DNA from: Selaginella moellendorffii
Lineage: Eukaryota > Plantae > Lycopodiophyta
Direction of reading: 5' to 3'
Length of the DNA stretch: 44,244 nt
NCBI RefSeq assembly: GCF_000143415.4
Contig: NW_003314346.1
Coordinates: 778,589 to 822,832 of the forward strand
Numbering within the stretch: position 1 is the stretch's first letter; every line of letters begins with the position of its first letter. The position numbers and the translations under genes were made by a program. The notes below the pieces were generated by a model. The model was given only the letters and a program-made list of their open reading frames with translations, was not told where the DNA came from and did no database searches. Of the stretch, positions 35,101-44,244 are shown piece after piece.

Positions 35101-38100
35101 AACATCTGCACTGACCAACACTTTGACAGACTTGCCCACACTCAACTCGACACAGACAGCTGTTGACACATTTCGAACCGAGATTCAACCAGGCGATTGT
35201 GACAATGATGTTCCGACAATCGACCTACGACTCGACAAACACCTTGTTCGAGGAGCCATAATTGACGGCGGCTCCAATGTTAATATTATTGAAGAAAGTC
35301 TTGTTCAACAACTCAACATCGGCCCAGTCCACCCAGCACCTTTCAATGTCCAAATGGCTGACCACCGATCTGTTCAACCCAAAGGCATCATCCGAAAAGT
35401 CAAAACCACCATTCAAGGCGTCGAAATACCAGTCAACTATGTCGTCCTCAAACTACCGGAGCAGACCAACAAATACTCGATTCTCCTCAGTTGACCTTGG
35501 CTCCGAACTGCCCAAGTTTATCAAGATTGGCCCAATGACAATCTTATCCTTCGCGGACCAGATGGACCGACCACTGTGTCGACAAAAGCGACCAAATCGC
35601 TGTCCAGCCACAACCGACCTATTGACTTGGAAGAATATAATCTCAAAGATGGCCTCGACGACTATCAAGAACAACAAATTCTCAAAGCCTACCCCGATCT
35701 TGAACCTTTGGCCGAGATCGACCTGTTTCGAATCATCGCAGACTTCCAACGAGAACGACCCCCGATTACATCAGCACTGAAAAATCCAGTCACTCGAGAT
35801 ACAAAACTCGAAGCGCCACTGGCATTCACAGTCGACAACCACAACAAAGTTGCCTACATTCCATCCATTCCAGCCGACCAAAAACTCGAAAAAGTCAGCC
35901 TTGCCGACGACGGCAACGAACACTACATTGTACTCGCCACCGACATCTCGGCAAGTTTTCGAGACAACAGCATCAATCTTCTCCGAAAGAAGAAACACTT
36001 GTTTGCTTGGAGTTATCGAGACCTTAAGGGAGTTTCACCAAAACTCAGCCTTCACACCATCACCCTTCTTCCAGACTCAAAACCAAGAAGACAAGCAGCC
36101 TACTGGATGAATCCGAATCTGATGGAACAAGTAAAGAAAGAACTCGACAAGCTTCTCCAAGTCGAGTACATCTACCCAATTCAGAATCCGATATGGCTTT
36201 CACCACTGGTGGTTGTGCCAAAGAAAAATGGCAAACTTCGAATCTGCGTCAACTATAAACAGCTCAACGGCGCCACCGAAAAAGATGTCTTCCCGATACC
36301 ATTTACCGACGAAGTTCTTGACGCAGTCGCCGGACATGAAATGTATTCCTTCCTCGATGGTTTCTCCGGCTACAACCAAATTCACATCGCCGAAGAAGAT
36401 CAGCACAAGACAGCATTCATCAGTCCATGGGGAGCCTATGCCTATCGACAAATGCCTTTTGGACTCTGCAACGCCCCATTCACCTTCCAAAGGCTTGTCA
36501 CCAACACTTTCCGAGACTACCTCACTGACTTCATGAGAGTCTTCATGGACGACTTCAGCATTTTCAGCTCGGAAGATCGACATCTTGAATGCCTGGAGAA
36601 ATGCCTCAACAAGTGCGAGGAGAACAACATAGCACTCAACCCCGACAAATGCGCTTTCTATGTCAAATCTGGAGTACTTCTCGGCCACATCTGCAAAGAC
36701 GGCATTCTCATCGACAAGGACAAAGTTGACGTCATCTCCAAACTCGAACCGCCGAAGAATCAGAAAGAACTTCGGTGCTTCCTCGGCAAAGTCGGATATC
36801 ACCGACGATTCATCCACAAGTATGCTCACATCGCCAAACCACTCACCGATGGACTGAAACAAGATGCCCAATGGACATGGACGTCCGAACAGCAACAAGC
36901 ATTCGACAATCTCCGACTCAAACTAACAACAGCACCAATCCTTGCCAAACCCGACTGGACACAAGAGTTCCACATTCATGTTGACACTTCCGACGTCGCC
37001 ACTGGTGCAATTCTCAGCCAAACTCAACACGACAACCGAGATCAACCGATCTACTACGCCAGCTGACTACTCAACCCAGCTGAACGAAATTACACCACCA
37101 CCGAGAAAGAAGCTCTATGGTATGATCTACTCACTTCAGAAGTTCCGACACTACATACTGTCAACCAAAGTCGTCCTTTTNNNNNNNNNNNNNNNNNNNN
37201 NNNNNNNNNNNNNNNNNNNNNNNNNNNNNNNNNNNNNNNNNNNNNNNNNNNNNNNNNNNNNNNNNNNNNNNNNNNNNNNNNNNNNNNNNNNNNNNNNNNN
37301 NNNNNNNNNNNNNNNNNNNNNNNNNNNNNNNNNNNNNNNNNNNNNNNNNNNNNNNNNNNNNNNNNNNNNNNNNNNNNNNNNNNNNNNNNNNNNNNNNNNN
37401 NNNNNNNNNNNNNNNNATGACGTCTTCAGTTACCTCAACTCAGCAAAAGTTCCAGATCAGTACACTACGTCCGACCAAAAGAAGACTTTGGTTGCTAAAA
37501 CCTGACGATACTCAATCATTGGAGGCACTCTCTACAAACTCGGAATTGACAACATTCTTCGCCGATGCATCAAGCAGCCAAACACAACTCAAATCATCAA
37601 GGAAGCTCATGATGGACCTTCCAGCAGACACTTTGCCGCTGACACCACCACTCGGAAGATTCTTCAAGCCGGCCTCTGGTGGCCAACACTCTGGCACGAC
37701 ATTGAAGAATTCTGCAAACGCTGCGACACATGTCAAAGACACCGATTACCACCAAAAACTTAGACTCAACAACTCAACCCAACATTCCCAATGGCACCAT
37801 TTCAGAAATGGGGACTCGACTTTGTCAGACCCCAAGTCAGCACCCGTCGACGAAATCAGTACATCATCATCGCCACAGATTACACTACCAACTGGGCCGA
37901 AGCAATACCTCTCCGACATGCCACAGCGAAAGCAACAGCAACCTTCATCTATGAAAATATCATCACTCGTTTCGGCACACCACTCAAACTCATCACTGAC
38001 AGAGGCACCCACTTCATCAACGAAACAATCGAATATCTCGCCACCAAGTTCAAAATCCAACACAAAACGTCAACACCATACTATCCTCAAGGCAACGGTC

Positions 38101-38345
38101 AAGCAGAAGCAACAAACAAAACACTGAAGACCATCCTCAAAAAAGTCATCAACGATTCCAGCAAAGACTGGGACGACAAACTTCTTGACGTACTTTGGGC
38201 CTATCGAACTGCGTATAAAGTCACCACCAACATGACGCCATTCAAACTCGCCTTCGGAACAGAAGCCATCACGCCAATCGAATTCATCGTCCCAAGCATG
38301 CGAGTCACCGTCAAGTATAATCTCGACACCCGACATGCAGTTTGA
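32132..38345 (+). pseudogene. gag-pol polyprotein with premature stops
   Basis: Capsid (PLFHGLKSEDAEKHVEQF), two CCHC knuckles, protease IIDGGSNVN, RT (KLRICVNYKQLN, MPFGLCNAP, VFMDDF), RNase H (HVDTSD..TGAILSQ) and integrase (WGLDFV, ITDRGTHF, YYPQGNGQAE). 33183-37066 is a single frame broken only by point stops. Confidence 0.95.
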
Positions 38346-39081
38346 GNNNNNNNNNNNNNNNNNNNNNNNNNNNNNNNNNNNNNNNNNNNNNNNNNNNNNN
38401 NNNNNNNNNNNNNNNNNNNNNNNNNNNNNNNNNNNNNNNNNNNNNNNNNNNNNNNNNNNNNNNNNNNNNNNNNNNNNNNNNNNNNNNNNNNNNNNNNNNN
38501 NNNNNNNNNNNNNNNNNNNNNNNNNNNNNNNNNNNNNNNNNNNNNNNNNNNNNNNNNNNNNNNNNNNNNNNNNNNNNNNNNNNNNNNNNNNNNNNNNNNN
38601 NNNNNNNNNNNNNNNNNNNNNNNNNNNNNNNNNNNNNNNNNNNNNNNNNNNNNNNNNNNNNNNNNNNNNNNNNNNNNNNNNNNNNNNNNNNNNNNNNNNN
38701 NNNNNNNNNNNNNNNNNNNNNNNNNNNNNNNNNNNNNNNNNNNNNNNNNNNNNNNNNNNNNNNNNNNNNNNNNNNNNNNNNNNNNNNNNNNNNNNNNNNN
38801 NNNNNNNNNNNNNNNNNNNNNNNNNNNNNNNNNNNNNNNNNNNNNNNNNNNNNNNNNNNNNNNNNNNNNNNNNNNNNNNNNNNNNNNNNNNNNNNNNNNN
38901 NNNNNNNNNNNNNNNNNNNNNNNNNNNNNNNNNNNNNNNNNNNNNNNNNNNNNNNNNNNNNNNNNNNNNNNNNNNNNNNNNTCATCACCAGCAATCGAGC
39001 GCCGCACGATCAGCCAACCAGTTACAGGTTTCAAGAACCCTAACGGGGTGAGCACTTTGATCGCAGAAAATGAAGAGAAAG

Positions 39082-39852
39082 ATGCCAGCTCATCCACCCC
39101 GGCACCTCAGATACGTCATACACCATATTCCTAGGCTTCCTAGCAACGACACAACCACCTGGCTCAAGGACCACGGATTCGAGCTCCTCCACAAGGCCTT
39201 TTCAACACACCCTGATCAAAAACTAGCGAGGAAACTGGCCGCCTCCTTCAACACCAAGAACAGCACCATAACTGACGGCACCAACGAGATCACCCTCAGC
39301 CTAGCAAGAATCACCTCTGTTTTCAAAATCTCCAACAAGGGACTGCTCAAATTTTCAGGAGAAGTTCCAGAGCAAATCATCAAGGCCAATCGAGAAATTA
39401 CCGGTGAGCTCACATGGGAGGACATCGAGGAGCAGCATATGGATCGCCTCAAAGCCCTCCTTCTCTACTACGAACTTCGCCCAACAGATCGCACCATCAG
39501 CAAGCGCACAGCAGAAGTCTACGGAGCTCTACTCGACGGCAAATGTGTGAACGTGGCTCATCATCTCCACGAACTCCTTCTCAAGCTTCTCGACCGCGCC
39601 GTCCTCACCACACTCAACAAGAAGACCATGCGGACAGTAATCTTCCCACTGCTCATCGCTCTACACCAAGCTCTTCCCAACAAGCTACCATGGACAACCC
39701 AAACAAACTCCACAGAACAAAGTGACAGCTCCGAAGAACACTCAGAATCAGAAGCAGCAACTCCCAACAAGAAACCGAAGCCAGCATCTCAACAATCAGG
39801 CTCAACTCACTCCAACAACACCAGCTCGAGCAACAAACACTCCCACGATTAA
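39082..39852 (+). CDS. 3' accessory ORF A (resembles Athila/plant-transposon-type extra ORFs)
   Basis: Open ~256 codons with a globular-looking N-terminal part (WLKDHGF...LAASFN....I......ITLS..RI..VFKI...G) and an S/T/P-rich tail. It may extend past a mutated stop. Confidence 0.6.
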   Translation: MPAHPPRHLRYVIHHIPRLPSNDTTTWLKDHGFELLHKAFSTHPDQKLARKLAASFNTKNSTITDGTNEITLSLARITSVFKISNKGLLKFSGEVPEQIIKANREITGELTWEDIEEQHMDRLKALLLYYELRPTDRTISKRTAEVYGALLDGKCVNVAHHLHELLLKLLDRAVLTTLNKKTMRTVIFPLLIALHQALPNKLPWTTQTNSTEQSDSSEEHSESEAATPNKKPKPASQQSGSTHSNNTSSSNKHSHD

Positions 39853-40366
39853 ACTCCACTTCGCCGCCGCCTCACACACAAAACACCAACGAATCCAGCT
39901 CCAAAACCGCTGATCCAAGAGCACCTCGTCATCAGCGACAATAAAGACAACTCACACCAGTTTCCACACTCACCCCAGAGCCCAAATCCACTCGAATCAG
40001 CCCCAAAACCGACAACTTCTCACAAACACATCAACATCGCCAAAGCAAAACATCAGCTGCTCGCCCAGAACTCAGTTTCTCCACCAGCTAAGAACAACAT
40101 TCTCACTGCCCCAACCTCCTCAACACGTTCCACAAAAGAAAACATCAACTACCTTCGCCAATCACTTGCAGAACATGGAACCATGCCTACTCCAGCAAAT
40201 GCCACGACCAGCATTATCTGCCCCTTCAACAAAATTCCAAGAGAAAAATTTGCCAACAGATACATTAATTTGAGCGCCACATCTAGGCCGTTCATCCAGC
40301 ATCAAACCGAAAAGCTCCTCTCCACCCACCTCAAAGAATCCAGCCCAACCACGTCACCCACATCCA

Positions 40367-41149
40367 ATGAAGCAGATTAAGCCTCCAGCAACTTCAACTC
40401 CTAGCAAGAACACAGCGAACCCTAGCGAGATACACCAGGATCACGGAGTAGGAGTAGGAGCAGCAGCCATGCCTCAGCCACAGAGCCAGGTATGCCGTGA
40501 TTACGATGAGATCAGGAAGGAATACAAGGATAAACTCCGCAACCCAAGCTACTGCACCCGCAAGTTGTTCGAAGCCCTCGATCAACACATGTACCGCGAG
40601 CAAGCGAACCACTTCCCAACACCAGCTGACATTGCACAGCATCTTCTCAAGCAAGATTCCTTCATATACACCTGGGGAGTAGTCAAGAAGGAGTTTTACA
40701 AGCCTTTAAACCACCAACTAGAAACTCAGCTCGAGGAGATGAAGCAAATCCGCACTGACCTCCGGGACATTAGGAAGATCATCTCCAAACAGCCATCAAC
40801 CCCATCAGCAGCTCATGAATTCACCTACAAATTCAAATATGAAGAGTTCAACACCCGCTACCGGAAGCTCGAGGATGATCATACCGCCCTCTTGGCTGAG
40901 GTAGCCGACCTCCAGGAAGATGGGACAGATCCACCAGACAGTGTCCCCAACCACGAGCTTACACTCCCACAGCAAAAACGTCGCCTCTATCGACTGGAGC
41001 AGCAGCAACAACAAGCGATGGAGACTGACTATGTTCGCACGTGTCTAGTTCTGTCAGGGGAGCAGAGTGTCTCAACCAAAAACAAGGTTCAGGGGACTCC
41101 GACCTTGAACCTAGGGTTGTATCGGAGCCATAGATTAAATCATGCATAG
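40367..41149 (+). CDS. 3' accessory ORF B, coiled-coil, reading through the PPT into the 3' LTR
   Basis: Open 260 codons with heptad-like segments (LETQLEEMKQIRTDLRDIRKII; YRKLEDDHTALLAEVADLQE). The stop lies ~80 nt inside the LTR. Confidence 0.6.
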   Translation: MKQIKPPATSTPSKNTANPSEIHQDHGVGVGAAAMPQPQSQVCRDYDEIRKEYKDKLRNPSYCTRKLFEALDQHMYREQANHFPTPADIAQHLLKQDSFIYTWGVVKKEFYKPLNHQLETQLEEMKQIRTDLRDIRKIISKQPSTPSAAHEFTYKFKYEEFNTRYRKLEDDHTALLAEVADLQEDGTDPPDSVPNHELTLPQQKRRLYRLEQQQQQAMETDYVRTCLVLSGEQSVSTKNKVQGTPTLNLGLYRSHRLNHA

Positions 41150-41349
41150 CATATAGTATAGAACCGCTAGCCTTTCAAAAGGGGGAATCCGAATTGTGGA
41201 TCCCTATCTCCATTCCATCGTTTTTCTTATCAATACACAGCATTCTTTTACTCGTGCTTCTTCTCTACCCTTGGAGATCGGGCCCTTTTCTCTTTTGTTT
41301 TCATACTAACAATAGATTTCCAGCGAAGAGGAGTTTTCACACCTCTTCA
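41068..41349 (+). repeat. 3' LTR (282 bp)
   Basis: Direct repeat of 30771-31045. Confidence 0.95.
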
Positions 41350-41809
41350 AGAATGTAAACCTTTTATATGCCATGTCACATATCCAAGGATAGTAGAGCA
41401 GAACCCAAGTTTCAAGGCCTTGTGCAATTGAATAAAGAACGGAGCCAAACTTCTAAATATGGAGCTAAGGAGCAAAAGAACTAGAGAACGGAGTGACTCT
41501 TGTCTTGAGCATACAGCTCAAGGAGCGAAGGGACAGAAGCATGGAGTGACATAAAACATAATGCCAGAACTAACACGTGAAACGAAGCCAAACGGAGTTT
41601 GGTGTTATTTCAATATACTAGTGACCTAATGCAAGGATATGAGTACTCCACCAACTAGCATAATATGAAACTTGGGCTTAGACTTAAGCCAGACACAAAA
41701 CAAGGACATGCATGCAAACGAAAGTTAAATTATTCATCAAGTTAGTTGGCCATACCTAACCTACCCACTATCCCTACTATACATTTGGAACCTAAAATTT
41801 ATATACCTA

Positions 41810-42196
41810 TAATGTGTAAGAGATGGCTCTCACAACATATAGAACAACCTCAACTGTTACATTCTTAGAGCTTCTATGCTCCAACAAGTAGGAATTGAGA
41901 AGGTCATTAGTACTTATGACAACCACATATAGAGCAGTCTTTAGATGATGATAATAAGGAACTAGCTTTTGCGTCCCTACAGAGGAAACTACACTAACCT
42001 TTGCAAAGTCTGAGAAGAATCATTACCTTTACCATGTCCGCTGTCGTAAGCATCCTGCTTGAACCTTAGAAACTGGTCAATCTGAACCGAAAGGTACAGT
42101 GGGACTTCGAGGCTGGTGTTCAAAGCAGTCACTCCAGAGACCGCAAAATTCACCCCATTGGCATAATTCGAGTTAATACTTTGCAAAATGGGATCA
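41810..42196 (-). pseudogene. GDSL lipase fragment (third copy, exon 1 deleted)
   Basis: ANGVNFAVSGVTALNTSLEVPLYL; direct duplicate of 21272-21670. Confidence 0.85.
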
Positions 42197-42439
42197 ATTG
42201 TTGGGCGAGCAGAATGTCGACTTGATGTCGCTGATCATGCAGAAACGATGTGATCGTTGTCTTAAAACTCGAAGATGATCTCCAAATAAGTCTCTTTATT
42301 GCCACACCTTGGTATACATGCTCTATCCCCCTTCCTCGCTAAGTCTTCTTGTCCTTCATGTTCTAGCAGGGAAACTTGACCAAGGAACAGCTTTAGGGAG
42401 GTTGAACTAATTAGTTGATTAATAATTACTTTTAAAAAC

Positions 42440-42853
42440 AGATACGGTTCTGTGTGTGTGTCTCACTGCCCTTGCCACACTCCTGACCTCCATTGATGGC
42501 TCGAATTGTAGCTCCAAATCCTTGGTTCTATGTGTGGCAATTCGAATTTTGCATCCAAAACCACACTGATGACCTCCACGAAAGGATGCCATTCTGAGCA
42601 ACCTGGTCTAGATTTTGGAGGAGGTTCATGTTGAAAGCCTTTCCAGCAGCATCGTAATTGTAATTCCTGCATATATATACTCTTTAAATTTTGAATATAA
42701 CATTTCCAGCTTACCAGGTGAGCTGCAAAGACCCTCTTCTGTAGTATGAGATTAATGGATAAATGCTATGTGAGTTTACTGTCGGGGAGTCTTGATGTTC
42801 AAAAGAGGGAACTGGCTGCCTACTTTGCAAATGTGAAGCAGGAAACTGGAAGT
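42440..42853 (-). pseudogene. GH19 chitinase pseudogene fragment with micro-inversion
   Basis: Duplicate of 22255-22657, with 42781-42853 inverted. Confidence 0.85.
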
Positions 42854-43696
42854 ATCATACTGAGACAGTATTTTGCTTAGCTATTTTAAGTCGTTGTTTT
42901 AACGACAATCCCGCGCAGGTTAATTTATCACACTCCAGCTTCGAGAGTGGGATGGAACCGATGGTGGCAACAAAGCAAGTACTTAGAGTTTCCATTTAAA
43001 ACGAACGAGAAGAAGGGTTTAGGTCTGACCTCTCTCCCTCACATGTCTCATGTGGTAATATCAGNNNNNNNNNNNNNNNNNNNNNNNNNNNNNNNNNNNN
43101 NNNNNNNNNNNNNNNNNNNNNNNNNNNNNNNNNNNNNNNNNNNNNNNNNNNNNNNNNNNNNNNNNNNNNNNNNNNNNNNNNNNNNNNNNNNNNNNNNNNN
43201 NNNNNNNNNNNNNNNNNNNNNNNNNNNNNNNNNNNNNNNNNNNNNNNNNNNNNNNNNNNNNNNNNNNNNNNNNNNNNNNNNNNNNNNAGACAGTATTTTG
43301 CTTAGCTATTTCAAGTCGTTGTTTTAACGACAATCCCCCCCACAGGTTAATTTATCACACTGGATACCTCGATCAGCTTCAAGAGTGGGATAGAACCGAT
43401 GGTAGCAACAAAGCAAGTACTTAGAATTTCTGTTTAAAATGAACATGCAGTAATATCAGCAATGCTTTTTAGATACCAAATTTTTTTAGATATCCATCAT
43501 CTTACAACTTTACCCATTTTGTAAGTAGACTGATAGGCAAGATATTATTATCGGCTTTATTATAGACTTTTCAGCATTCTCCTCTAGTAATTCTTGCTAC
43601 TGTAAAGATTAAAATCATCAACGACCAATTTCCAGATTTATTATTTGTTTTTATTCAGTAGTTAATTACTTATTCATTACTTTTAAAAACATTTGT

Positions 43697-44244
43697 TTAA
43701 GCACAGCCAAGGTTCCCACCTGGTGAAACACCCAACTGTGAGCAAAAGTCCTTGTAATAATTGATGCGGTTCTGTGCGGGTTGTGTCTCACTGCCCTTGC
43801 CACACTCCTGGCCTCCATTGATGGCTCGGATTGTAGCTCCAAATCCTTGGTTCTGCGTTATTGCGGTGTGGCAATTCGAATTTTGCATCCAAAACCACAC
43901 TGATGACCTCCATGAAAGGACGCCATTCTGAGCAACCTGGTCTGGATTTTGGAGGAGGTTCATGTTGAAAGCCTTTCCAGCAGCATCGTAATTGTAATTC
44001 CTGTATATATACACTTTAAATATTGAATATAACATTTTCAGCTTACCAAGTGAGCTGCAAAGGTCCTCTTCCATAGTAAGCCTTTGTACCTGCAGGACAT
44101 GGGATTCCACGACTAGTGTCACAATAGACGTTGTTTCGGTTGATCTCTCGAATGTATTGCAGTGCTACAATCAAAGACATTAGTGAGATTAATGGATAAA
44201 TACTATGCGAGTTTACTTCCAGTCTCCTGCTTCACATTTGCAAA
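43697..44244 (-). CDS. GH19 chitinase, second apparently intact copy (5' part outside window)
   Basis: Near-identical to 23156-23703. Exon 3 translation identical and splice sites retained. Confidence 0.88.

Larger units (their letters stand above)
30771..41349 (+). mobile_element. Full-length non-chromovirus Ty3/gypsy LTR retrotransposon (Athila/Selgy/Tat-related), ~10.6 kb, with accessory ORFs
   Basis: LTRs at 30771-31045 and 41068-41349 (TG...CA). TSD AGAAC/AGAAT. PBS TGGCGACCATGG at 31048 (tRNA-Arg-like). PPT AGGGGAGCAGAG at 41056-41067. Domain order gag-PR-RT-RH-INT. Confidence 0.95.

Noticed and set aside
36200-36898. 232-aa antisense ORF within RT
   Set aside because: Expected from the T-poor codon bias of the sense strand; no motifs.
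38201-39097. Long ORFs spanning N runs (also at 9.4, 27.2, 28.3, 32.9 and 43.0 kb)
   Set aside because: Artefacts of assembly gaps.

Overview
Eukaryotic plant genomic DNA with several N gaps. The very short (~45-60 nt) GT-AG introns, the PPR style and the retroelement types suggest a lycophyte such as Selaginella (inference). Left to right: a gag remnant; an F-box pseudogene; a 394-bp TRIM; an intact, intronless, kinase-less LRR receptor-like protein whose island domain resembles the BRI1/BRL brassinosteroid-binding island; and a decayed chromovirus-type Ty3 pol with a second TRIM inserted in its YxDD motif. From ~10.7 kb to the end is a mosaic of direct and inverted segmental duplications built from GH19 chitinase, GDSL lipase, gag, TTC38-like, FAN1 and PPR pieces. 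It holds one fully intact chitinase (a second runs off the window end) whose promoter carries 8 tandem perfect W-boxes, head-to-head with a damaged FAN1. A complete 10.6-kb non-chromovirus Ty3/gypsy element with one 5' and two or more 3' accessory ORFs is inserted in one duplicate. All homology calls come from motif recognition by eye, not database searches.
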